NCBI RefSeq assembly: GCF_006345805.1
Contig: NC_043011.1
Coordinates: 42,730,464-42,794,463, forward strand
Source: Octopus sinensis
Taxonomy: Eukaryota
Length of the DNA stretch: 64,000 bases
Reading direction: 5' to 3'
The position numbers and the translations under genes are program-made. This document shows, in pieces, positions 25,761 to 38,036 of this stretch (the first letter of the stretch is position 1; every line of letters starts with the position of its first letter). Below the pieces are notes generated by a model, which was not told the origin of the DNA, ran no database searches, and saw only the letters and a program-made list of their open reading frames with translations.

Positions 25761-26145
25761 GATACTTGGTGGATTAGTCAATTTACTTGTAACACTTCTC
25801 TACTGCGATGGTTTTGCAAAGATGTCAAGAAGTAGTAATCAACTGTTCCTTCTGACGACCCCCTTGCTTTGATACTGTTTCAGTTTTGGAAACCGTTTTG
25901 GCACTTCTTCGTTCAGTTACTGCATGAGAGGTGATCGGTTGTCGTATAGCATACATCTTGTTACATATCGCAATGTGATCACGAATGGATATTTTGCTGC
26001 TCAAAAGTGCAGAAAAGTTTTCATTAGATAAACTTAGATAAACTTAGATATGTTTCGACCAAAGATTGGTCCAGGCCATGTCTAACTTAATAGCACCACC
26101 TGATAGGATTATTCGAATCCTGTTTAAGGCAAGTTTTGTTTAAGT

Positions 26146-26500
26146 CAAGTTTTGTTCAAGTAGTGAGTTCTTGTTGGGTGAGTTGTATCAAGTTTTGTTC
26201 AAGTAGTGAGTTCTTGTTGGGTGAGTTGTATCCAATTATGGGTGGCTTATCTGGTATTCTTTGAAGGAATCTATCCAGACTCCATTTAAAGTTGATGGGA
26301 TCATTTTCCTCTTTGATCTCTCTCGGGACAATGTTAAATAGGGCAGGGCCTGTTGAGGAAAAGAAATTATGTTGCAGTGTACATGTATGTTGTGATCTTG
26401 AATTGGGCAGGGGTCGTATGGCCCGTGGTCCCAGTCTTGATTAAGAGTGATTTTTAAATTTTCGTTCAGCCCGTGTAGCATCATTTGCCAATCTTTTTTC
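26146..26500 (-). mobile_element. CR1-clade LINE 3' end with a 43-bp terminal tandem duplication
   Basis: NFFSSTGPALFNIVPREIKEENDPINFKWSLDRFLQRIPDKP..GYNSPNKNSLLE; duplication at 26146-26188 / 26189-26231. Confidence 0.8.
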
Positions 26501-28822
26501 GGTATTCAGTATGGTGCACATATAACATAACTGTCAAATGTTCAACATTTAGTTCTTCTCCAAACTCTTGCGTTGTTTTACTTGGGTCCTCTTCAATAAT
26601 GGCCCTGAGTTAGTCGCTAACCTTCCTCATCTTCGAAACACTGTGCTACGAAACTCTTTTAAAACTAATGTCGAGTTGTACATTCATTGATGATCCTCTG
26701 ACCAACTGCCTTCTCGATCCTCTGCGTATTTCCTGCTATTTTGCTCTCTATTTGAACAAATTCAATAAAATTACTTAAAATCGTTCGGTTCATCTATAAT
26801 TTAACAACTTAATTTAACAAACGATGAAAGCAAAACAATTAGCATAAATCAGATGGAATCTTCAAACTGGTTTATTACATGAATATATTAATGAAAGTTT
26901 ATTCCAAAATAAGCGTCACCGTTTAAAGTACAAAAATGCAATTAAGTTTTAGTAATGGCCGAATGATTAAAGATGATTAGGTTCTGTCATCTCCGGCAGT
27001 TTTTCCAGTGGTAGACACTTGAAGTCAGCCTTCCAAATCGATTGCAGAGTTTAACTGGTTATTGTTATCATTATTATTGTGGCTGTCGTTTACCTTAGGT
27101 CAGTCCTGATTCAGCAGATATATGATCAAAGACGTTCCAGTCATGATAACGCCATCGTTTTCTGTATTTTGGACAGCACTATCGAATGTGTTATTTCCTT
27201 TTAAAAACTATAAAATTTCATCAAGCAACTACGTACGTGTTCTCACGTTAGCTCTTGGCAATTGAAGCGTTTAGTAACAGAGTATCGTAAGTGCCACCCC
27301 GGCCATATTCGAGGCTACTATATCATTTTCTTTGTCTCTACGTCTAGAATCCGAAAAAGTTGGGATGAAGAACCGGAGAGGCTTGCAATAAGGTCGAAAA
27401 TCCGGCTGAAAAAAATTGTACCCCGACGCTCGCTCACTCAAACTCGGACCAGAGAGTTTAGTAACATACCATAGTAAGCACACACGCTCAATCAATAACT
27501 TTGGTGTGGTCCCTGTATCGTGTTTCGAGGTGTTATGGCTGATTTAGCATCGTAACAAAGAAAATTATCTTACTATCCAGTCTTAATTACCTCCTAAAGA
27601 TACTAAAACAAAAACAATACCTTTGTGGGGGTCTCTGCATGTTTTTTTCTAGATATTATGGCTAAAATATGCAACGCGATACATCATTTCATAGTACCGG
27701 TATATTCTACAAAATGAGAAAATAACGTAGTCATTGTTTCATCTTTCAAATGCATACATAAGCAAATCATTTTACATCGGTGAAATGATTAGAGGAGGTC
27801 TTAACGGTCATCTTAAGACCAAAACCAGTTTCCTAACGTCATTTCTTGCCGAAATATCGCATTCTGAAATTCGCGAAACTTTGCGTTTTTCGCGGTTTTT
27901 AAGTTGTGACGCTTACGGCGGTCAGATACTAAGCGCCTCAATTACAGTGATAATTTTTGTGACATCGAGGAACCTATTTAAATCGACTACAGAATGCCCA
28001 ATGTATTGAACAAAGACACGAAACAGTACCTGTAACATGATACGAACTCTCAACACTCATCTGATTTGCCGAAGCACTATGATCTTGACCAGCCATGGCA
28101 CTTCATTTCAAAGTAAGCAAGAAAACTAGCCACAACATAATTCACTCTTACAACATTTTATCTCCTCTTTTGTCCTTAGTAACCACATCATTTCCTTTCA
28201 TATACCGTCTCATCGACCATTTGACTCTCAATTTTTTGTTCCTTTCTCTGTCTTTCTTTCTTGTTTGGAACCTGTTTTTAGATCCGTTTTTACGCTCAGT
28301 AGCTCCCATAGACCATCTAGCTAGTATTATCTGTTTCCACTCATAAATCTATGTCCACGGAAATACAGTCGCAAAACAAATTCTACAATACATGAAGGTA
28401 ATACATCAGTCAGGAATGTTAAAAATAGAAATACATCAATCTATAGGAACTGATTGGACACTTCCGGTATCTAACGAAAATATGTAAATATATTTTCTTT
28501 AGACAAGTTCAAATGTTAGAAACATAAAAAAAGAAAAGGAAGTTGATTAAATTTCATTTAATAATGGCTCACAGGCAATGGTTTCTTCGAGATGGTTTGG
28601 CATTTATTAAGCAAACCAGCAAAAAATAAAATGGAAATATTTATTGACTATAATCGGCTTCAAGTCTTGGAAAGTTTCAATTTCCGGTTGATTTCTTCGG
28701 GAATATTCTTCGTTCGAAACTTAATGTTGTCAGGAATATATCACACTTAGGCCAATAAAATATCTCTTCTCTTAAAATTTGAAGTCTTCCCTTGAGGGTA
28801 AAAGAGGGAGAGAAAGAGGGAA

Positions 28823-28855
<33 letters not shown>

Positions 28856-29278
28856 AAACTAATTTATTCCTGTAGTTATTACAAAAATCAACAATAAAAA
28901 AAGAAAATCACCTACCCACTCTAATCTTTGGTAAACAAGCGTAAAATTAATATGCTTGGGAATTGCAATCGTTCATAAAGCAGTAAAGATAGATTGGAAA
29001 CTAAACAAGAATCAAATATCTGCAAACGAGGAGAAATAATATCAGCATTGGGAAATCAGTATATCATGGAGAGATAAGAATTTTTTCTTGCAATAAAACG
29101 AGTAAACAGAGAAACGAGAAGTGAGACATTTTGAGATTGGGAATTCATTTTAATCTGAAAGACTACAAAATCGAATATGAATTAAAAATAAACCTGTGAC
29201 AATTACGATTTTGTAATAGTAAATTAGAATATTAAAAAAAATGTTTCTCTATAGATTATAACCTATGTCTAATTATAA

Positions 29279-29651
29279 TCTCTCTATATATAAACGGCAG
29301 TTTTGTCGTGTGTTTCTGTGTGTCTGTTGTGTGTTGCCTTGCTACCCTCCCCTGACTCACGGCTTTGTCTGATATTCTTTGAAACTTGACCCCAGCCATA
29401 TCTAATTCAAAACGCAACTAAAATTTTGAAAATTTCCCACCCTGAAAAAAATCGATAAATTCGACATGGGGTGTCAGAATCACACAAACCACAGACTGTC
29501 TAGGGGACGCAACTCGACCGTTTTAACTCTCAAAAAAAAATTTACCATAATTTTTTTTCCATTTTTTTGCTATTTTTTGGCTATAACTCTCTAAAAATGC
29601 TTTATAGTTATTTCCCTTAAAAACCCGAGCAACGCCGGGCGATACTGCTAG
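29279..29651 (+). mobile_element. Non-autonomous Helitron
   Basis: 5' A|TC start, subterminal hairpin CCCGAGCAACGCCGGG (29624-29639), 3' CTAG|T end, no TSD. Confidence 0.8.
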
Positions 29652-29767
29652 TGTAATATAAATAAACGTGAACGTTTATTTCATATAGTTATATCACTAG
29701 ATAACTAACGTCCCTCAATACGATATTTAATGAAATAATCGGCGGCAAAGATCTTACAGAACAAAAC

Positions 29768-30195
29768 GGATCTTTTCGGCTTGAACGGCAGTTTTTTCTA
29801 GCGGTGTCATATGAAATTGTTCCCCATAATTATGACCCTAGTATCGATCTATTGCATTTCAATCTGTTTTAGGGTTAGGGTTAGTTAGGGTTAGGGGCGG
29901 GGGAAGGGTATCTTTTTTTCTTCACAAATGTAAATAAACCCAATATGTTGCTTAAACGAGGGACATATTCATACGGCACAGAATGTTTTATACCTCAATA
30001 GACGTCAGTGATTGGTTGAAATTGCAGAAATTGAAGTAAAAACAACAACAAATATCTTACAAACTATAGAATTTTCTCAATAAAGCCAAGAGAAAAAAGA
30101 TGTTTTATAAACACATTCTATCAGTATACGAAGTTTAAAATCTTTTAGTTACCTAGAAATTATGTTAAAAACTGCCGTTCAAACCGAAAAGATCC
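29768..30195. mobile_element. MITE with 28-bp TIRs, 8-bp TSD and internal (TTAGGG) repeats
   Basis: TIR GGATCTTTTCGG(C/T)TTGAACGGCAGTTTT; TSD AACAAAAC at 29760-29767 and 30196-30203. Confidence 0.9.
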
Positions 30196-30533
30196 AACAA
30201 AACTATGGTTCCCGATTCCTCATCTGTTGCTAGTCTCAAGCGAATATAATGCATATTAATTGTGGAACGATTACGCCACTCTAAATTATAATTAGTCCAT
30301 AATGTCTGCATACAGACAATTGACCTGATTGATTTATGAGAGTAGTGACTTCGGCATATACACAATTTGATACCCTAATGAAGAGAACGGTGGTAGAACT
30401 CATAGTAAATATATTACGGTGAAAGTTTCCTCTTTCGTGGGAAATATGAGATACAGTGAGAAATGTTCATTCTGATTACAGTTACATCATACATCTATAT
30501 CCATATCTATCTATCAATCTATCTATCTATCTA

Positions 30534-30599
<66 letters not shown>

Positions 30600-30636
30600 G
30601 TCAGTCTATCTATCTATTTGTCTGTCTGTCTGTCTA

Positions 30637-31675
30637 GGGGTTTAGTGGAGGGGAGGTACGACGACGAGCTCGGGGCGAACCTGGACGTCGACGAGGAGTA
30701 CCTGACCCGCCTGTTCGGGACGACTTTCGGGCCAGGGCCCATGGACAACTTCCAGAGATCCCTGGCCTGGCAGTGCTACCGAGAAGCGCTACCCGTTCGG
30801 GATAAGCTCTACAGACACGGCTCGAGAAACACGGGGCCGACCTGCCCGAGATGCGGTCAGAGCGACGAAACCGTTCTGCACGCACTCGTTCAGTGTCCAA
30901 CAATTTCCGACCTGTGGGCTTATTTCGAACAACTGCTGTCACGTGTGGGACGAGTCGGTTTATCAGCTGAGTCTATCGTCAATATTGTCACGCCTCCTTC
31001 CTTCAAACGGGAAGGAAGAGCTATTTTCATCATCCTTGTGGCTATGGCGAAAGAATGTATCTGGTGGACGCGTCTGAAAGGATTGGAGACAAACACTTTC
31101 CTCTCTGGTCAATCTCTCATCAACTTCTTCAAGTACCACTTGAAAAGGAAAGTGAGAGTAGAGAGGCAAGTTTTGTCTAGCGAATGTTTTAAAAAAAGAT
31201 GGGTGAATGTAGCAAGAATGGCACGTATGAATGACGAAGCCACCTTGAGCATAGTCCTATGAACCCAGAAATCGAAAACAGAGAGTTGCTTATTTGCAAA
31301 AAAAAAAAAAAAAAAAGAAATATAAAATGTGACTTCATTGACCGAGGTTACCGTGGTCTTTTCCGCAGGCTTTTCTTTCCACGGTAAACCTCACCTGTCC
31401 TCCCCTTTACACTTCATATTGACATTTCTGTGATAACGATCCCTATTATTTTTTTTTTTTTTTTTTTTTTTTTCCTCTCCCCCCCCCCCCTTTTTTTTTT
31501 TTTTATTTTTAACCCCCCTTATTTTTGTCCTCTTTCTCTCCTTTTACGATCCCTTTTGATCGAACCTCCCCCTTCCTTTTTTTTTTTTTTTTTTTTTTTA
31601 ATACCTTCAAAAGAAAAGCTCTACCTTGTAATTTGTTCTATCTGTGTGCAGCCCTGTGTGGCTAATAAAGAAACA
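30637..31675 (+). mobile_element. Tx1/L1-clade LINE, 5'-truncated copy 1 (ORF2 C-terminus to 31262 + 3' UTR)
   Basis: Open frame with CCHC knuckle CPRCGQSDETVLHALVQC (30843-30896), LAWQCYREALPV and KECIWWTR motifs; AATAAA 31664-31669; (TATC)n on both sides. Confidence 0.9.
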
Positions 31676-31720
<45 letters not shown>

Positions 31721-31765
31721 GTCAGTCTATCTATCTATTTGTCTGTCTGTCTGTCTATCTATCTA

Positions 31766-32868
31766 GGCACCGCGAGTGTCGCGTTGCTCTCAAGCAACTC
31801 TGCCGTCCTGGGTCGACCTTAAGTGATTTCAACACAACCAAAGCATTCTATAGAGGTTTAGTGGAGGGGAGGTACGACGACGAGCTCGGGGCGAACCTGG
31901 ACGTCGACGAGGAGTACCTGACCCGCCTGTTCGGGACGACTTTCGGGCCAGGGCCCATGGACAACTTCCAGAGATCCCTGGCCTGGCAGTGCTACCGAGA
32001 AGCGCTACCCGTTCGGGATAAGCTCTACAGACACGGCTCGAGAACACGGGGCCGACCTGCCCGAGATGCGGTCAGAGCGACGAAACCGTTCTGCACGCAC
32101 TCGTTCAGTGTCCAACAATTTCCGACCTGTGGGCTTATGTCGAACAACTGCTGTCACGTGTGGGACGAGTCGGTTTATCAGCTGAGTCTATCGTCAATAT
32201 TGTCACGCCTCCTTCCTTCAAACGGGAAGGAAGAGCTATTTTCATCATCCTTGTGGCTATGGCGAAAGAATGTATCTGGTGGACGCGTCTGAAAGGATTG
32301 GAGACAAACACTTTCCTCTCTGGTCAATCTCTCATCAACTTCTTCAAGTACCACTTGAAAAGGAAAGTGAGAGTAGAGAGGCAAGTTTTGTCTAGCGAAT
32401 GTTTTAAAAAAAGATGGGTGAATGTAGCAAGAATGGCACGTATGAATGACGAAGCCACCTTGAGCATAGTCCTATGAACCCAGAAATCGAAAACAGAGAG
32501 TTGCTTATTTGCAAAAAAAAAAAAAAAAAAAAAAGTAAAATGTGACTTCATTGACCGAGGTTACCGTGTCTTTTCCGCAGGCTTTTCTTTCCACGGGTAA
32601 CCTCACCTGTCCTCCCCTTTACACTTCATATTGACATTTCTGTGATAACGATCCCTATTGATCATTTTTTTTTCCTCTCCCCCCCCTTTTTTTTTTTTTT
32701 TAACCCCCCTTATTTTTGTCCTCTTTCTCTCCTTTTACGATCCCTTTTGATCGAACCTCCCCCTTCCTTTTTTTTTTTTTTTTTTTTTTTTTTAATACCT
32801 TCAAAAGAAAAGCTCTACTTGTAATTTGTTCTATCTCTGTGCAGCCCTGTGTGGCTAATAAAGAAACA
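31766..32868 (+). mobile_element. Tx1/L1-clade LINE, 5'-truncated copy 2 (~90 bp longer at the 5' end, 1-bp frameshift)
   Basis: Near-identical to copy 1; extra in-frame HRECRVALKQLCRPGSTLSDFNTTKAFY; stop 32477; AATAAA 32857-32862. Confidence 0.9.
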
Positions 32869-32916
32869 TATCTATCTATCTATCTATCTATCTATCTGTC
32901 AGTCTATCTATCTATT

Positions 32917-32997
<81 letters not shown>

Positions 32998-33016
32998 GTC
33001 AGTCTATCTATCTATT

Positions 33017-33097
<81 letters not shown>

Positions 33098-33156
33098 GTC
33101 TATATGTCTATCTATCAATCTATCTGTCTATCTGTCTATCTATCTATCTATCAATT

Positions 33157-33198
<42 letters not shown>

Positions 33199-33268
33199 TC
33201 TATCTATCAATTTGTCTGTCTGTCTATCTATCAATCTATCTGTCTATCTGTCTATCTATCTATCAATT

Positions 33269-33331
<63 letters not shown>

Positions 33332-33350
33332 GTATTTGTCTGTCTGTCTG
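32869..33350. repeat. (TATC)n/(TGTC)n microsatellite
   Basis: Direct reading; source of the IYLS/SIYL ORFs. Confidence 0.95.
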
Positions 33351-34800
33351 TCACCTATATATTTATCTATATACACAATAAATTTCTATTCTCTATTGCT
33401 TGTTCATGTTTTACGTCCTAGTGTTTTGGTATTTAACAAAAACCTTTAGCAAAACGAAAGATAGCAACAATAAATACCTTATCGAGATATTACGATTGAT
33501 TTATCGATACGATTAAAAATGAATATAACCATATTATCCCTGAGATATTTAAAGGCGGATCTCACATTATGTGATTGTCGAAGGGTCTTTTTTAGTGAAC
33601 TTTTTTGACTTACTATATCGTTGGAACTTTTTGTAGTGTGTACAATACGAAATATGTCTGGTCAGTCACGAGTGTTACTAACAACATTTAGACCAGTAGA
33701 ATATCCTACCATGCTCACAGGCCACTAAACAGAGTTTCTGACCAGGTATACCTGATGAGAAGGTTTGCTAGGAACCCCGCAGGAAAAACGAAACAAAATA
33801 ATACCTGTTATAAGTACAGATTAGGCTAACACAGGATCAACGAATATGGAGCAATAACGCAGGAACTTAGAAATTCCAGGTTAGTGTCACGCTTACTATA
33901 AGACTATTGGGAATGAGAACCATTAGTTTTTGTTAAAGCATTTCTCTACAAAGCGCTACTGTGTCCACAACTACACCGGCAATATAACTTGGCAGGACGG
34001 TTGAGATAGGTAGCCAGGAAAGACAATGACATTAGAAAAAGGACAGCTCGGAGCATAAACTTTTGGTACCTGTGAAGAGGCGGAACCTAAGAAATTTAAC
34101 CTCCGGTCGAAAGAGATAGTCAGACCCATGGGCTTTGTTGATCTCAAAGAGAGCATGAAAATGGAACGAAGAGATTGGAAACCAGACTAGAAGGGGTACT
34201 CTGAGCTTAAATCTGAGTGCATTTTTGAGTGCCTGCGAAAAGATGGATGCTAAAGTATTCAGCTACCTGTCAGGAGTGAACTCGAGAACCACCGATCCTG
34301 AAGATTCAACAAATTGGATGTATGTGAAGCCCTGAACCCTTAGCCATGTGGATGGGGAGTCAGTAAGTACAGAAAAACAAAAGCTAGTATTTCAGCGTGC
34401 TAATGATTTGGTTTGTTACGATTGTTAGAATGGAAAACTTCCAGCAAAGAAAAGGCAAAGATCTGGAATGATAACAGAACTCCAATAAATCATGAAGTGA
34501 GTTGAGAATAAACCTGGGGTCTACAAGTGTTTATTGTCAGATGAAGATAATAGAATTTAAATTTTAAAGAGAAATGAGCACTTACAGAAAGATAAAAGGA
34601 GAGGCAGGTGTAAGTACACATACATATATATATATACATGCACATATATATATATATGTATGTATATATGCGCGTGTGTGTATGTATGTATATATTAATA
34701 TACATAAACATATATACATGAATGAATAAATATATATATAATATACATACTTATCTGCATTTATATATACATATAGAAATAATTATATAAAGGGACATAT

Positions 34801-34844
<44 letters not shown>

Positions 34845-35169
34845 ATATATATATGTGTGTGTGTATATATATATATGGAGAGAGAGAGAGAGAGAAAGAG
34901 AGAGAGATGAGAGAGAGACAGAGAAAGGATGAATGAGGACTTTGATGAATTGATGCAACTACTTTCATTTTCTTAGCAGTGTAACCACATTTGACTTTTC
35001 AATTATGTCAAGAACCAATTTTAAAGGCATCCATTTAGATAATGGGATAAATTCAATTGCTCTATATATTTATTTCATAAAGTTCCTCTCTGTTTCTCTC
35101 GCTACGTACGTATGTATGTATGTAGTATGTATGTATGTATGTATGTATGTATGTATGTATGTATGTATG

Positions 35170-35665
35170 TTATTATTCAGTTCTATTTGTACATTTCTTG
35201 CCAAGTCTTGCCAAGAGAAGAAGTGCCTTTCTATCCTAGGTCCAAGGTTCCTGCACTGGAATGTCAACAACATCAACAAGGTATTTTTGTATGTGTGTAC
35301 ATGTGCAGTATTTGGGGTCAGTGCATGTGCAGATTTTTTTATGTACTCATGTATTCTCACGCATATAGTTGCATACATAGACATGCGCATATATGCTTAC
35401 ATGATAGACTTCTGGAAAGTTCTACAAATTTTTACAGTTCCAGTAATGGCTTCGATCTGTAGCCTTTGAATCGGCTTTCTCCTTCCTGGTTTTGAGAATC
35501 CTATTTCCTCAAGATTGGTACTTAGGCATTGTGTTACATAGCCCAGACCCCCAATAATTACAGGTATAAATCTGAACTTTCTTAAAAGTTTAGCAGTGTT
35601 TTCTTTTTCGCTGATCTTTAACCTTATTAACATCCGCTGGACACCTGATTTCCGCTGTTAACATC
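35170..35665 (-). mobile_element. RLE-type non-LTR retrotransposon 3' end embedded in (TACA)n
   Basis: AEIRCPADVN..IRLKISEKEN..LLR..FRFIPVIIGGLGYVTQCL...LQIEAITGTVKICRTF; 3' UTR runs into (ACAT)n; the 5' side is also (ACAT)n. Confidence 0.8.
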
Positions 35666-36046
35666 CATTGGACATGCACGCATGTATGTATGTATGTATG
35701 TATGTATGTATGTATGTATGTATGTATGTATGTATGTATGTATGTATGTATGTATGTATGTATGTATGTATGTATGTATGTATGTATGTATGTATGTATG
35801 TATGTAGTATGTATGTATGTATGAATAGTGTATGTACGTATGTATGTACTGTGTATGTATGTTTCTATATATCCCTCTATGTATATATCTTTATCTTTAT
35901 GTCCGTTTCACGTATCTATGGGCAACAAAATTGTTTATAAAGATTATTACAGTAATCGGAAATTTTTTCTATAATGGATAGATACAGACAGACAGCTAGC
36001 TAGCTAGATAGATGATAGATTTATTGATTGATATGTATATAGACGG

Positions 36047-36295
36047 GTAGAGACGCGTGGCTTAGTGGTTAGGGTGTCAGCATCATGATCGTGAGATTGT
36101 GATTTCGATTCCTGGACCGGGCGACGCGTTGTGTTCTTGAGCAAAACACTTCATTTCACGTTGCTCCAGTCCATTCAGCTGGCAAAAATGAGTAACGCTG
36201 CGATGGACTGGCGTCCCGCTGGGGAGCACATATGCCATAGAAACCGGGAAACCGGGCCCATGAGCCTGACTACGCTTTAAAAGGGCGCATTTATT
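36047..36295 (+). mobile_element. tRNA-derived SINE, family D (related copies 43890-44150 on - and 45110-45350 on +)
   Basis: A box TGGCTTAGTGG, B box GATTTCGATTCC, TGTGTTCTTGAGCAAAACACTTCATTTCACGTTGCTC core. Confidence 0.8.
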
Positions 36296-37836
36296 ATTTT
36301 TTTTTAATGTATATAGATGTATACTGTAACAGTGTAATCAAACTGAACTTTTTTCACTGTATTTGAACGTCTTTTTAAGTAAGTTAAATAGCATACTGTA
36401 TACATTTCTTCACTGAATAAATTAATTACGTCAATTTTCAAGCAAGTAATTACCTAGTTTGATGAGTGGCTAAATATTTTGTTCGAGTGCTTACATTGGA
36501 TATCCTATTTCTTTAACTGAAGCAAGCAGTTACTCAGCTTTCTGACGAACTCAGTGATTACAGCTTTTTTCTTTTACCATAGCACGTACTTTACAGAGTA
36601 TCTGCCTTGAATTTCCTATCTGAATGCAGCTCAGTCAAGTTTTTCTTCCCATAGTGAATCTAGCAATTTAGTCATATTTCTGAAACCAGTATATCTTACT
36701 GATACAGCTCAGTCGTATTCCTATCCCAGTAGTAAGTGGCAGTGACGTAAACTGCAGTCAGGTCGTATCATTTACCCGGTTTCGATTCCACATGAATTCA
36801 TTAGTATTTATTTCGTTCTGAGTTCGAATTACATCGAGTCGTTATATAATTTGTATCAGTGAAGCTCTGGGTAGATTTAGCCGAGTAAACCTACCTAAAA
36901 TTAGCGGCCATTTTTCATGGTAGCATTGGTATGTTTTACGTTCGGTTTTGAAAACTTGTTAGTTCAAGTTTTCTTTCAAAATGGTAATGGTTAGAAATTT
37001 TCAGAGCTTTTTCAAGAGAAAAAAACGTTGGAGAAAATCCTAAGTTGACACAACATGGACAAGAAGTGCATTTCGTTAATCTAGATTGGAGAGGCTTGTA
37101 GCTAAGTATTCCACAAGCAGAATAGGTAAATAGATCTAACTCGAGACTAAAAGTTCATTAACCGAGGATTATCTCGATTTTTCTGGCATATAAACAACTG
37201 AGAAGGTACTTACCCCATTTTCTGAACGGCACGTCAGTCCGTCTCGAAATTACCTCCCAAATGCTGTTAATACCATTTTTTTTAACTGTGCAGAATAGAT
37301 TAATGTGAAACGCAAAATCACCATCCAGTCCAGGAATCGAACTTATGATCGAATGATCGCAAGCCTAACATCCTAACCGTGAGTCCAAGCGCCTTCACAG
37401 AATAGGCAAAATGAAAGAACAATACTTCAGTGGACCAGATCCGAGAAACCATTTTCTAACCGGTTATATGGCATTTTTTTTGGATTCGATCTAAGGGCGG
37501 TGTGTGCATGATCCATGCTATAAACCAGTGGACCAAGGAGCGGCAGAAAGGGTAAAGTACCACACTTAATGCTACGTTAGATTTCGTTCCATTCATTTCA
37601 ATTCTAAGAAATCTCACCTTAGGGTAATTTGCCTTTCCGGCGTAAAGAAAATAACTAGCACTCAACTACTGTAAAGTATTTAAGCGAGCATAGCTCTTTG
37701 CTAAAACATACGGTTTGTGCAAAGGCTAGAAATCAATATCCAATAGAAAATAAACGATTATATAAATCAAAACCAAAAAGGGGAAAATAGAAATGGTGGT
37801 GGAGGGGAATGATCGCATCTCGTCTGAATTCTAATA

Positions 37837-38036
37837 CACGTGACCAATCAAATTTAATCTCATAAGATTTAGCGTTTGACCTGAAAATATCAGCAGATGT
37901 TACCAAATCATCATGGCATGTGTTTGTTAATCTGCCGATGCTAAAACAGGACGCGTAGAGCGATGAGAAATTCTCCCCGCTAAAACTTTTGCGTTAATTG
38001 CGTACAAAAGTAACGAAAGAGTCACGTGTTCATTGG
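37837..38036. promoter_or_regulatory. Promoter-like patch with two GTCACGTG E-boxes, each next to a CCAAT box
   Basis: CACGTGACCAATC at 37837-37849 and GTCACGTGTTCATTGG at 38021-38036, in non-repetitive CpG-containing sequence. Confidence 0.35.

Noticed and set aside
29292-29305. AACGGCAGTTTT shared between the Helitron 5' end and the neighbouring MITE TIR
   Set aside because: A 12-bp match in AT-rich DNA with no further alignment; likely coincidence
29869-29896. Telomere or chromosome-fusion scar
   Set aside because: Only ~4.7 units and internal to a TIR/TSD-bounded MITE
30456-30636. N-terminal part of the 268-aa ORF
   Set aside because: Read-through of the (TATC)n tract into a 5'-truncated LINE; not a real start
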